Of a DNA stretch of 64,000 nt, positions 17,984 through 27,742 are shown in pieces. Origin of the DNA: an uncultured Candidatus Brevefilum sp. (lineage in GTDB: Bacteria > Chloroflexota > Anaerolineae > Anaerolineales > Anaerolineaceae); NCBI GenBank assembly GCA_964441045.1, contig CAYTXE010000001.1, forward strand, positions 6,011-70,010, given 5' to 3'. Position 1 is the stretch's first letter. Each line of letters opens with the position of its first letter. The notes under the pieces were generated by a model that ran no database searches, was not told where the DNA came from, and was given only the letters and a program-made list of their open reading frames with translations. A program made the translations under genes and the position numbers.

Positions 17984-19480
17984 TTAATATGTTCCATTGA
18001 CATATTCTTGAATTTGATCAACGGTGACCTGGCTGGTGTCGAACTCTTTCACAATGCAGCCTTTTCGCATGACCAACACACGATTGCAATTGTTATAAAC
18101 TTCAGGAATTTCATCGGAGATTAACAAGATGGCAATACCTTTCCTGGCTAGATCACGGATGATCTCGTGGATTGATAATTTTGCCGCCACATCAATACCA
18201 ATCGTTGGCCCATCCAAAATTAGGATCTTAGGATCTGTACTTATCCATTTTGCCAGGACAATACGCTGCTGATTACCGCCTGAAAGTGTCTGTACAGGCG
18301 AATCCACGCTGGGGACTTTGATATTAAGTTCTTTGATCCAGCGAGCAATATTTGATTTCTTTTTATTCCTATCTATCAGTTTAAAGCGGTTGACTAATGA
18401 TTCGATAATTGTGACGATGATATTATCACCAACTGGCTGCTCATTGACCAACCCTTGAACAAGGCGATCTTCGGGTACATAAGCAATACCTAACTTCAAT
18501 GCCTCTTGAACGCTCTTGATCTTGACAGGTCTCCCCTCAAAGATGATTTGACCTGTATCAGGCTGCGTGATACCAAATAGCGAAAGGGCAAGCTCTGTCC
18601 GACCAGAACCCAGCAATCCAGTAATCCCCAGAATTTCTCCTGGATACAATCGGAAATTAATATCCTCAAATTCACTTTCTCGGTTGAGCATTTGAGCTTC
18701 CAGAACAGGTTCATGGTCATTTGATGGTAGTGTGAAATTTTGGTATTCCACCTTTTTCCCCGTCATCAGGTGAGTCAGCTTTTCTTCGTTAATTTCATTA
18801 CTAGGAAAGACCCCTACCATATTTCCATCACGCAAAACACTGATCCGGTCGGCAATTTGGAAAACTTCATTCAATTTATGACTTACAAAGAGCGTAGCTA
18901 TTCCCTTCTTTTTCATATCCAGCACTACCGACAGAAGAGATTCGATCTCTCGTCGTGTAAGGGAGGCTGTGGGCTCATCCATAATGATCAATTTTATTTC
19001 TCGGGTCAGGGCACGACAGATTGCAACCAGTTGTTGATCGGCTATGGATATTTCTGATACGGCCGTTTCCAGAGGAAGATCAATATCAATCCGCGCCATT
19101 GCTCTTTTGGCAATTTCAGTCAACTCTTTCCAGTTTACAAAACGACGATGATCGCTCACAAACTCCCCCAAAGCTATGTTCTCTGCCACGGTCAAATTTG
19201 GAAATAATGACAGGTCCTGATAAATGACCCGAATACAACAATCGATAGCATCAATAGCCTTATATGACTGAATAATCTCCCCGTTGATTTCCAATATCAT
19301 GCCAGGGTCAGCATCCACTGTCCCGGAAATGATTTTGATCAAGGTTGATTTGCCCGATCCATTCTCACCAACCAGACAATGAATTTCATCGTTTTCTAGT
19401 TCAAAATCAACCTTATTCAGAGCCGTAACCCCGGCATAATGTTTACTGACGTTCTGCATCCTTAAGAAGAGTTCTGCCAT
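17984..19480 (-). CDS. Sugar ABC transporter ATP-binding protein with duplicated ABC domains (RbsA/LsrA-type)
   Basis: 498 aa with two Walker A motifs (GENGSGKST, GLLGSGRTE). Other motifs are the signature LSGGNQQR and Walker B LILDGPT / LIIMDEPT. Confidence 0.9.
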   Translation of the reverse strand: MAELFLRMQNVSKHYAGVTALNKVDFELENDEIHCLVGENGSGKSTLIKIISGTVDADPGMILEINGEIIQSYKAIDAIDCCIRVIYQDLSLFPNLTVAENIALGEFVSDHRRFVNWKELTEIAKRAMARIDIDLPLETAVSEISIADQQLVAICRALTREIKLIIMDEPTASLTRREIESLLSVVLDMKKKGIATLFVSHKLNEVFQIADRISVLRDGNMVGVFPSNEINEEKLTHLMTGKKVEYQNFTLPSNDHEPVLEAQMLNRESEFEDINFRLYPGEILGITGLLGSGRTELALSLFGITQPDTGQIIFEGRPVKIKSVQEALKLGIAYVPEDRLVQGLVNEQPVGDNIIVTIIESLVNRFKLIDRNKKKSNIARWIKELNIKVPSVDSPVQTLSGGNQQRIVLAKWISTDPKILILDGPTIGIDVAAKLSIHEIIRDLARKGIAILLISDEIPEVYNNCNRVLVMRKGCIVKEFDTSQVTVDQIQEYVNGTY

Positions 19481-19576
19481 AGGGATTACCTTACATTTAA
19501 TCTAAAGAATTATCCTGCATAAAGAAATCTGGGCTTCCTCCAGCAAAGAAAGAAGCCCAGATTTACTAAAATCAAC

Positions 19577-20572
19577 TTAGAAGCCTAATGAATCAGCATT
19601 ATCCGGTGTAATATACAGGATGTTATCAACTTTGACAACTGTACCATCTAAGATTACCGGGCCAAGTCCAGGCACTTCTACACCTGCTGAAATCTTGTTG
19701 CCTTCCAGCAGATATTTTGCCAACCAAACCATTCCAAAACCAGCATCAGCAGGATTCCAGAGGATACCTTCCTTCATTGAACCCTCTGCAAGGTATGGCG
19801 CAGCCTGGGAGGGAATAACGGTGCCCACAACTGCAATTTGATCCGTGAGGCCTTTTTCCTTCAGGGCTTGTGCCGCACCAATTGGACCTAAGCTGCCAAA
19901 ACCGACAATACCCTTCAAATCAGGATAAGCCTTAATTAACTCAAGTGTTTTCTGGCGCGCCAGTTCCTGATCTTCACCGCAAGGGATACGTTCGGTGACC
20001 AGTTTCATATCGGGGTAGTTTTCCTCAAAATATTCAATCCCAACATCTGCCCAGAAATTGTGCAATGGTACTGTCAGACCACCGACGAAAATGGCATACT
20101 CGCCGCTGTCGCCCATGTGCTTCACCAGTTGTTCAAATGCTTCTTCGCCAAATTTCACATTGTCAATCAATTCAAAATCATAGTCAGTGCCTACTTGATC
20201 GGGCGACTCATGCGTGATCACGACGATACCAGCTTCTTTTGCCTTCTCAAAAACTGGCTCTAACGCCTTCGCATCATTGGGAACCACAGCAATGGCATCT
20301 ACACCTTTAGAAATCAGGTCTTCAACGATTTTCACCTGCGCTGCTGGATCTGCTTCAGCAGGCCCAGTCTGATAAGAATTTACTCCCAACTCGCCTGCTG
20401 CACGATCAACACCTGTTTCCATTACATTGAACCATGGGATCCCTGTTATTTTCACAACCACGGCGATCTCAAAAGGTTCCTCTTCTCCAGCACTCTTTGG
20501 ACCACATGCGGCTAAAAAGGATAGCACCATGATCGCCGAAATAATACGGACCCACAACATTTTCTTCATCAT
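19577..20572 (-). CDS. Periplasmic-binding-protein type I sugar-binding lipoprotein (RbsB/LsrB clade)
   Basis: 331 aa with the lipobox LSFLAAC. It has PBP-I architecture. The segment SMKEGILWNPADAG resembles the E. coli LsrB TVKEFGLWDVVQQG (from memory). Confidence 0.8.
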   Translation of the reverse strand: MMKKMLWVRIISAIMVLSFLAACGPKSAGEEEPFEIAVVVKITGIPWFNVMETGVDRAAGELGVNSYQTGPAEADPAAQVKIVEDLISKGVDAIAVVPNDAKALEPVFEKAKEAGIVVITHESPDQVGTDYDFELIDNVKFGEEAFEQLVKHMGDSGEYAIFVGGLTVPLHNFWADVGIEYFEENYPDMKLVTERIPCGEDQELARQKTLELIKAYPDLKGIVGFGSLGPIGAAQALKEKGLTDQIAVVGTVIPSQAAPYLAEGSMKEGILWNPADAGFGMVWLAKYLLEGNKISAGVEVPGLGPVILDGTVVKVDNILYITPDNADSLGF

Positions 20573-20754
20573 TTCTCCTTTATATAAGTGGTAAATCTCT
20601 CGTAATCAATATACTTTACGTAACAGCCAACACGACATCACTCTTTTGGGACAACAAAATAATTCTCAAAATCCAATCATCAGGACAGAATTGATCGTTT
20701 GGATTCTTTTCTATGACTTCAAACTTCTTGCCAAACGCAATCGAAAATCTGGAA

Positions 20755-21405
20755 TCAAAGGCTGTGTGGTTGTCCGCTGGTCTTAAATTTTTCTCCGATA
20801 ATGATCATCTCCTTGTCTGATAGAATTTTTGGCTCACCCATACTCTTACATTGAATATAAAGTTTCGAAACAAGTTCAAGCTCTTCTGCAACATTAAAGG
20901 CACTTACAATATCCGTCCCGACCGTAACCAAACCATGATTAGCCATCAAACAGGCGTTATAATCCCCAATAGCCTCAAGAATATTATCCGACAATGCCTG
21001 TGTACCAATAGGCGCATATTTTGCTAGAGGCACTTTGTTGCCCGAAAATCCAACCAAATAATGTACAGCTGGCAATTCCCAATTCATACAGGCAATTGTT
21101 GTCGCATTAACCTGGTGAGTATGCAATACCGCGTTGATATCTTCACGAAAATTCAACAAGTCCAAATGAAAGCGAATTTCAATCGATGGCTTTAATTTCC
21201 CTTCAACCGTTTCGCCAGAAGGGGACACCACCACAACATCTTCAGGACGCATTTTGAAATAATCCACTGCGCTGGGTTTTATCGCGATCAAGCCCTTAGA
21301 TCGATTATAGATGCTCAAGTTTCCCCCAGTACCAGTTGTCAAGTGGCTGGTGATCAATTTTTGACCATATTCAACAATTGCACTTCTTTCATCAAATAAC
21401 TGCAT
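20755..21405 (-). CDS. Class II aldolase/adducin-family protein (FucA/AraD-like)
   Basis: The metal-binding histidines are present (LHTHQ, MANHG). The typical ~216-aa length is obtained with the internal start MQLFDERSA (ATG 21405). The longer track ORF adds an implausible Cys-rich extension. Confidence 0.8.
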   Translation of the reverse strand: MQLFDERSAIVEYGQKLITSHLTTGTGGNLSIYNRSKGLIAIKPSAVDYFKMRPEDVVVVSPSGETVEGKLKPSIEIRFHLDLLNFREDINAVLHTHQVNATTIACMNWELPAVHYLVGFSGNKVPLAKYAPIGTQALSDNILEAIGDYNACLMANHGLVTVGTDIVSAFNVAEELELVSKLYIQCKSMGEPKILSDKEMIIIGEKFKTSGQPHSL

Positions 21406-21541
21406 TAGAAAACACCTATATCTTTCAGTAAAACAACAAGTTGAACCCATTCTATCATAGGTTTTACAAAATTTCAATGCTGAAATTTTGTAAACAAATA
21501 AGTTGTCCAAATGGCCGGCATGGACCGTTACATGGTCAATT

Positions 21542-21575
21542 AAAATAAACGTGACCGTGTGGTCACATTTATTTT
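21542..21575 (-). terminator. Hairpin terminator after the methyltransferase gene (possibly bidirectional)
   Basis: AAAATAAACGTGACC (21542-21556), loop GTGT, GGTCACATTTATTTT (21561-21575). The stem is flanked by T/A runs on both strands. Confidence 0.55.
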
Positions 21576-21603
21576 TTAACTCACTGATTGAATTTTTAGG
21601 TAA

Positions 21604-22500
21604 TTAGGAGTTTAAGATCATGCGAAAGTCATAGATCCCATCTTTGAACGGCCAGGTTGTCCCACATTTCTCACAATTCAGATCTTGTTCAATTCCCGCC
21701 AGCGCCGTTCCACATTTTGGACAAACAAACAGATCGCTTTCAACTGCTATTGGGTTTGCTTTAGAAGCATGGCAACGCGTGAAGATACTGGGGCTGAGCT
21801 GTAAGTATCGTCCAGTATGCTGCAACAAAGCATCCATCCCCACCAAAAGCTTAAGGGGTAGATACCGCTTAAATAACCCAATCCTGAAATGAGAGACACT
21901 CAATTGTTTTTCAATGGTAAAGTTAGCATCCATCAAGTACTGTCTGACGGCTTTGGGATGGAAATCAAAATTCAATGTTGCGAACTCCACGGGTTCCAGC
22001 GAATAAGGACTCCAGGACTGTCTCCGAAACAAATACCGCAGCAGCGCCTTGAGGTTGCGTTTGTTTGCAAACTCAAGAATAAAGGTTCCATCAGGTGACA
22101 TCACCCGTGCAACTTGAGCAAGCGCCATTGCGGGATTCGCCATGTGATGAAGTGTCCGGATCATAGTCGCCCCATCAAACCGTCCTGAAACAAAGGGGAG
22201 GTGGTACACATCGGCAGCAATGTAAAGGAACCGTTCCGAGTCCCCCAGGTGATCACGTGCCTGCACCAGCTGGGTACGCGAATAATCCAGCAGCGCAATG
22301 CGATCATAGTTCTCATATCGAAGGGTATTGCGCCCCGCGCCTGCACCTAACTCCAGCATGAAGTCACCGCTGGGAGGGAGTAAGCGTTTAATTGCTATTG
22401 CCTCAACAGCATCTTCATAGGCTCTCCCACCTTCATCCCAGAAATTTTTTTGATAATCAGAGCCTTCATAATTGCAAATGGGGGGGGTGTTTTCGCTCAT
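21604..22500 (-). CDS. Class I SAM-dependent methyltransferase with a C-terminal Trm112-like zinc ribbon
   Basis: SAM motif I is MLELGAGAGRN. The C-terminus reads CPKCGTAL...CEKCGTTWPFKDGIYDF. I prefer the start MSENT (ATG 22500), because the longer ORF would begin about 25 nt from the SRP RNA. Confidence 0.8.
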   Translation of the reverse strand: MSENTPPICNYEGSDYQKNFWDEGGRAYEDAVEAIAIKRLLPPSGDFMLELGAGAGRNTLRYENYDRIALLDYSRTQLVQARDHLGDSERFLYIAADVYHLPFVSGRFDGATMIRTLHHMANPAMALAQVARVMSPDGTFILEFANKRNLKALLRYLFRRQSWSPYSLEPVEFATLNFDFHPKAVRQYLMDANFTIEKQLSVSHFRIGLFKRYLPLKLLVGMDALLQHTGRYLQLSPSIFTRCHASKANPIAVESDLFVCPKCGTALAGIEQDLNCEKCGTTWPFKDGIYDFRMILNS

Positions 22501-22562
22501 GAATTGTTGTTTTTCCTGAAATACAATTGGACACAATTGCCGGTGACAAACTTCTTAAAAAT

Positions 22563-22668
22563 ACCCGGGCAGGATGACCGACGGCACCCGGAGGCACCTC
22601 CTTACCGCTGCTTCCTCTCGGACCTGACGGGGTTCGTAGGGCTCCGCCGCGCCGGTCCCACCCGGGCG
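22563..22668 (-). ncRNA. ffs: Signal recognition particle RNA (small bacterial 4.5S type)
   Basis: The minus strand reads ...GCCCGGGUGGGACCGGCG...CCCCGUCAGGUCCGAGAGGAAGCAGCGGUAAGG...CGUCGGUCAUCCUGCCCGGGUAUUUUU. The core GUCAGGUCCGnnAGGAAGCAGC matches the conserved SRP domain IV. The 5' and 3' ends pair into one long hairpin, followed by a U-run. Confidence 0.85.
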
Positions 22669-22834
22669 TGATTAAGGATACTTCACCCCTTAAAGGCTGT
22701 CAACAACAGAGAATTCAGTGAGATTTTCAGATATAACACAATCCCCTTAGCAACTGGAAAAAAAACAGCCTTCGATGTATACTTGATGATGAATAATATT
22801 GTCACTATAAGGTTACAGGAGAGGTGCACACCCA

Positions 22835-23968
22835 ATGAAAGTAAATGTCAACCAACAAAAATTAGCTCATAGTGTCAACATGGTATCTAGAGCTGTATCC
22901 CCCCGTAGTACACTGCCTGTCCTATCAAACATTCTGGTTAAGACCGACGAAGGCCAGCTGCGCCTTAGCGCAACAAACCTGGAATTGGGTATCACCTGTT
23001 GGGTAAGCGCTCGTGTGGAGAGCGAGGGTGCTATCACTGTGCCAGCCCGTACTTTCACTGACCTGGTCAGCAACCTCCCCAGCGACAAGGTTTCGTTGAC
23101 CCTGGACCACAGCACCCAAACCTTAAATGTGCGCTGCGGCACCTCCGAGACGAACATAAAGGGTATCGATGCAGAAGAATTTCCGCCTATACCTGAGCCC
23201 AACCTTGAAGAAGGCGTCATGCTGAATGTCGCCATATTCAAAGATATGGTCCAGCAGGTAGCCTTTGCCGCATCGACGGATGAAGCCCGTCCGGTTTTGA
23301 CAGGTGTGCTGCTGAAGCTGGATGGTGAACATATCACCATGGCAGCCACTGACGGATTTAGAATTTCCATTCGAGAAGATGACATATCCAATCCCGTTTC
23401 CCCACCAATAGAAGCCATCATTCCTGCCAGAGCGCTGGTAGAATTGGCACGCATCGCCGGCAGCGGTGATGAAAGCATGATCATGACCTTCCCCCCTGAC
23501 AGGGGTCAGGTAATCTTCCATATGGACAACCTGGAGCTAGCTTCTCAATTGATCGAAGGAAGCTTCCCGGATTACCGTGCTATCATTCCTCCAAGTTTTA
23601 AGACACACACCCTGCTTTCCACCAGTGGCCTGCTAAAAGCCTGCAAACAGGCTGAGATCATCGCCAGGGAAGGGACCAACGTAGCCCGGTTAAACATCAT
23701 TCCAGATTCGGATGAAGCCAGCCCGGGCACACTGGAAATATCCGCCCAATCTGAGCAGACCGGCAACTCAGAAGTGCTCGTGGATGCCTCCGTTGATGGT
23801 GTGCCATTGCTGGTTGCATTCAATGTGCGTTTCTTGCGAGAAGTATTAGAAGTGATCAAATCGGACAATGTTTGGCTTGAAACGAATGCCGCTAATACCC
23901 CCGGCTTGCTTCATCCCCGGGGTGATGAGCATTATAAACACATCATCATGCCCATGCATATCAGCTAA
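22835..23968 (+). CDS. dnaN: DNA polymerase III beta sliding clamp
   Basis: 377 aa. The N-terminus MKVNVNQQKLAHSVNMVSRAVSPRSTLPVLSNILV is typical of DnaN, and the three-domain length fits. Confidence 0.9.
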   Translation: MKVNVNQQKLAHSVNMVSRAVSPRSTLPVLSNILVKTDEGQLRLSATNLELGITCWVSARVESEGAITVPARTFTDLVSNLPSDKVSLTLDHSTQTLNVRCGTSETNIKGIDAEEFPPIPEPNLEEGVMLNVAIFKDMVQQVAFAASTDEARPVLTGVLLKLDGEHITMAATDGFRISIREDDISNPVSPPIEAIIPARALVELARIAGSGDESMIMTFPPDRGQVIFHMDNLELASQLIEGSFPDYRAIIPPSFKTHTLLSTSGLLKACKQAEIIAREGTNVARLNIIPDSDEASPGTLEISAQSEQTGNSEVLVDASVDGVPLLVAFNVRFLREVLEVIKSDNVWLETNAANTPGLLHPRGDEHYKHIIMPMHIS

Positions 23969-23990
23969 CGGACATCCATACTCACAAGAT

Positions 23991-24027
23991 AAAAGGCGCT
24001 TGCACTGCAGGTGCCTTTTTTGTTTTC
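23991..24027 (+). terminator. Rho-independent terminator of dnaN
   Basis: AAAAGGCGC (23991-23999) pairs with GUGCCUUUU (24011-24019), followed by a T-rich tail. Confidence 0.65.
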
Positions 24028-24029
24028 TT

Positions 24030-25330
24030 GAGGGTGTTGATTAATTATCGAAAATTGCAACAGGAAAGAACTTGAACCGAAAGGCTTAATAAAATTAACC
24101 AAAAACCTCCTAAACATCCATCATTCTATCGATTGATTTGCTCCTCTCAACCTCCTTTCACATCATTATCAGGCAATATCGACATTTCACCCCCTGTTAT
24201 GCAATTAAGGCACTTTTTCTCTTTAAACCACCTCGATCAACATCTTAACCATCCGCTTTAGGTTCAGTACGATCGCCGTGAAATAGGCCTGAACGCCAAC
24301 CCCAAGCAGTTCAAGATAACAACATCGGCCTAAACCATGTCCTTGTTTAGCTTCCCCAAACTTGCATTCGATTTTATAGCGCTCTTTGCAGCCTGCTTTG
24401 TAAGCACATGTTTGGATCATTTCCTGCCAGATTTGTTTATTGGGATCTTTCCTTTTGGTGCGAAAGTCTTTCAAGTATATCGCTGAATTCGGATTGTTAT
24501 GTTGTAAATAGAAATGATTGTTACCATCATCATAGCCACGATCAGCCGTATAGGTGTCTATAGGAATGTTCTGGACGATATCTTGATCCACTAAGGAACA
24601 GAAATGATGCCCATCTTAAGCTTCCCCAGAGGTCGCCTCCAGGCTGGTGATCAGATTGTTTTCCACATTCATACTCATGTGTCCTTTATAACGGTAGAAA
24701 TATTTCACATGATGGATATCTGCCCTATTGATCTTTGGACGTTTTCTTGCCTTTGCCCCCCATTTTGCATCTGGGTCACGAGGACCTTTGCCACCGTCCT
24801 TTCGGCCTTGATCTTTGGTCATGTTTACATTGTCTTCATTATGAACACTCGCCAGAGGCATGCTTCGCGATCAATAATCTAAATACTCCCAAACGCTATC
24901 CTAGATTGCTTAGCCATTTGTATGATTTCTGCCAATAAATCCTCAAATATGTCCTTTTTGCCTTGCTTTGTGAGCCATTCTCGAAAGACGGACAACGTTG
25001 AATGGTCTGGTGCTCTATGTTCCAATCCAACAAAATATTTCGCAAGTAGATTTTCATTGACAAAATACTTCTGTCTGGCATTCAGAAAGATCATAAAAAT
25101 AGGCCAATAAGCGTATTTTGAGGATTTGTGTAGGGTTAAAAGGAGGACGTCTGCACTCTGCACCGCCCCCATATAATTCGAGGAGCTTGTCTGGCTGCTG
25201 CTGAGTTTATTTGCCGAAGTTGTTAATAATCAATATGGTGTCCAAGATTCACTTTGTCTTATCTCCTCAGGTGTAATTTGTCTTTTGCTCAAGAATAATA
25301 TTAACCTGATATATTCTTGATAACCAGAGT
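24030..25330 (-). mobile_element. Degenerate IS5/IS1182-superfamily insertion sequence (near full length, inactive)
   Basis: Three consecutive minus-strand ORF pieces carry transposase motifs. These are DUF772-like ...HRAPDHSTLSVFREWL, DPDAKWGAK...YFYRYKGHMSMNVENNLITS, and the DDE C-terminus YTADRGYDD...ECKFGEAKQGHGL. The outer end GAGGGTGTT (24030-24038) is the inverted complement of 32305-32313. The right boundary is approximate. Confidence 0.7.
24223..25172 (-). pseudogene. Transposase pseudogene (IS5/IS1182 type)
   Basis: The reading frame is broken by an in-frame TAG (24879-24881), a frameshift between 24862 and 24878, and an in-frame TAA (24616-24618). The TAA falls where family members read through (...TSGEA*DGHHF...). 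Confidence 0.75.
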
Positions 25331-25466
25331 GTATAGTATGTCCTGGACACCGCACATAAATAGATTGACGAGATGTTTGAAATATGTTATATATACAATA
25401 TAAGTAACATAAAACGCACCAATAAACAATAATTTGTGCGTATTATGAGCGGAATTTGGGACTTTT

Positions 25467-26261
25467 ATGTCATACAGGCAAAAAAAGCGACTTGGAAACA
25501 TTATTAATCTGTTAATACAGAAAAACGAGGTTTCTGTAAAGGAAGTTGCGTCATTGATGAGCGTCTCGGAAATGACGATCCGACGCGACCTGGATGCCCT
25601 TGAGCAGCAGGGAATTATCAATAGGACCCATGGCGGAGCCGTGTTGCAGGACCTGAACACAAGCGTGAGATATCCGTACATTCTCGAGGAGCAGCTCACC
25701 AGGAACACCCGGGAAAAAAACCTGATTGGGATTAAGGCGGCTTCCCTGGTTCGACCGCACGAGACAATATTTCTGGACTCCGGTACCACGACCCCGTTTG
25801 TCGCGAAAAATCTAAACCCAGAGCTTCCGATCACTGTGCTGTGTTACACATTCACAAATGCTATGGAGTTCTATCCACGAAATAAAGCCAACCTGATTCT
25901 GCTGGGTGGTTTATTCCACAGAGATTCGAATGTTTTCCATAGTATCGAAAACCTCGAACTGATACGCAACATTCGCGCTGATAAGACTTTTCTTTCCACC
26001 GGTGGTTTCGATCCTGAAATGGGTTTGACAACCTTTTTTGATTACGAGGCGGCCATCAAGCGAGAAATGATCCGTTCTGCCAAGCATATCATACTGGTCG
26101 CCGACTCGACGAAGTTCGGTAATATCAGCGTCACCCATTTTGCCGAACTCGCTGATATCGATACGATTATCACTGATGACGGTTTATCTAAAGAGTACCG
26201 CAATATACTTGTCGATCGGGGCATTGAGCTTCTTATCGCCAATCAAGAAAACAACCAATAA
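25467..26261 (+). CDS. DeoR-family transcriptional regulator
   Basis: 264 aa with the HTH VSVKEVASLMSVSEMTIRRDLDALEQQGII. It has a DeoR C-terminal sugar-phosphate sensor domain (FLDSGTT, ADSTKFG). Confidence 0.88.
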   Translation: MSYRQKKRLGNIINLLIQKNEVSVKEVASLMSVSEMTIRRDLDALEQQGIINRTHGGAVLQDLNTSVRYPYILEEQLTRNTREKNLIGIKAASLVRPHETIFLDSGTTTPFVAKNLNPELPITVLCYTFTNAMEFYPRNKANLILLGGLFHRDSNVFHSIENLELIRNIRADKTFLSTGGFDPEMGLTTFFDYEAAIKREMIRSAKHIILVADSTKFGNISVTHFAELADIDTIITDDGLSKEYRNILVDRGIELLIANQENNQ

Positions 26262-26281
26262 ACATCACTGGAGCAATATCA

Positions 26282-27049
26282 ATGCATTTGGATTTCAAGG
26301 GAAAAACAGTAATTGTTACTGGCGGCAGCCGAGGTATTGGCGCAGCTATCAGTGTTTTATTTGCCTCCAGCGGGGCAAATGTAATGATCGACTATCTCCC
26401 GTTTGATAAGGACATTGAAGGTCTGAAGCAGGTTGAACAGGAGATACTGGATTTTGGTGGTGTTTTTGATTCCATTGCCGCAGATGTCACCTCTCCGGAG
26501 GAGATGGAACGTTTGTGTATGAAAACACTGGACCGCTTCGGCGGTCTGGATATTCTGGTCAACAGTGCCGGATACACCAAACCATCGAAGGTTCAGGATC
26601 TTTCCCCGGATTTATGGAAGAGCGGAATCGATGTTAACCTGAGTGGTGCCTTCTACATAACTCATGCCGCCTGCCGGCACATGATCGCACAAAGTGCGGG
26701 AAGAATCATCTATATCGGATCTGCGGGTTCTATCACAGGAGGTGGGGGATCAGCTGCCTACTCCGCGGCCAAGGCAGGTATTAATGGGTTGGTCAGAGCC
26801 CTTTCAAAGGAGTTGGCGCCGCAGGGAATCACCGTGAACGCGGTACTGCCCGCTCTCATTGAAACGGATCTTTTAAAGGACAAGGAACCAGATCTGGAGA
26901 AGCGGAACAAGTACATCGACCGTATTCCTATCGGGCGTTTTGGTACGCCGCAGGACGTGGCCTATTTGGTGCTGTTCCTGGCGTCAGATTATGCCGGGTT
27001 TATCACCGGCCAGAACATCATTGTTGATGGTGGATCTACCTATAAATAA
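26282..27049 (+). CDS. Short-chain dehydrogenase/reductase (FabG-like)
   Basis: Cofactor motif TGGSRGIGAAI, NSAG, and catalytic YSAAKAG. Confidence 0.88.
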   Translation: MHLDFKGKTVIVTGGSRGIGAAISVLFASSGANVMIDYLPFDKDIEGLKQVEQEILDFGGVFDSIAADVTSPEEMERLCMKTLDRFGGLDILVNSAGYTKPSKVQDLSPDLWKSGIDVNLSGAFYITHAACRHMIAQSAGRIIYIGSAGSITGGGGSAAYSAAKAGINGLVRALSKELAPQGITVNAVLPALIETDLLKDKEPDLEKRNKYIDRIPIGRFGTPQDVAYLVLFLASDYAGFITGQNIIVDGGSTYK

Positions 27050-27112
27050 GAGAGTTATTGATTGGCTCGTCACATCTGAGCATATAAAAATATATTTTTA
27101 ATGGAGGAAGAA

Positions 27113-27679
27113 ATGAACAAAAAGGAAATCTTAGAAAAAGCATACAGGTTGGGATTTGAAGGAGAGCACGACGTCAGGGGATGCGCTCAATGTGCCCTTG
27201 CAGCGGTTCAGGATGCACTGGGAATTCGCAACGATATTGTTTACAAGTCAGCCAGCGGTCTGGCCGGAGGAGCGGGGGAGTGTATTGATGGTAACTGTGG
27301 AGGTGTTTCCGGTGGGATCATTGCCATGAGCATGCTCTTCGGACGGACACGGGAAGAGGAGGCCACAGTACAGGGCAGGAAGGATAAATATGTCTCTTTC
27401 CGGATGGGAGCAGCCCTGCATGACAAATTCATGGAGAAATACGGAACAGTAATCTGCGGTGGTATCCATAAGAAGATTTATGGCCGTGCTTTTGACCTGC
27501 GGGATGATGAACAGAAACAGATGTTCAGGGACGCAGGAGCCCATGAACGGGAAGATGGCTGCTGCGCCGTGGTCGGCGATGGCGCCCGCTGGGCCACCGA
27601 GTTGATCCTGGATGAAATTGAAGCCAACGGACTGACCCTGGAAGATTTTAAATATCTGATTAATACGAAGAAGGAATGA
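27113..27679 (+). CDS. C_GCAxxG_C_C-family putative redox-active protein
   Basis: Cys pattern RGCAQCALAAV ... GNCGGVSGGIIAMSMLFG ... GTVICGG ... GCCAVVG, typical of this family. The ATG at 27113 is preceded by GGAGGAA. Confidence 0.6.
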   Translation: MNKKEILEKAYRLGFEGEHDVRGCAQCALAAVQDALGIRNDIVYKSASGLAGGAGECIDGNCGGVSGGIIAMSMLFGRTREEEATVQGRKDKYVSFRMGAALHDKFMEKYGTVICGGIHKKIYGRAFDLRDDEQKQMFRDAGAHEREDGCCAVVGDGARWATELILDEIEANGLTLEDFKYLINTKKE

Positions 27680-27742
27680 TCTGGAAAATGAACTCGGCGA
27701 TCAAAATAACGCAACGAGTATTTATTTAGGAGCAAACACATT

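Noticed and set aside
22867-23868. Long antisense ORFs lie inside dnaN (205, 132 and 98 aa). Similar ones lie inside dnaK (58374-59685), the SLC13 gene (47492-48106), the SLT gene (13724-14296), the DeoR gene (25301-25834) and the right-end gene (63458-63901).
   Set aside because: They are shadow frames of well-supported genes. Their compositions are biased (Ser/Arg/Pro-rich) and they carry no motifs.
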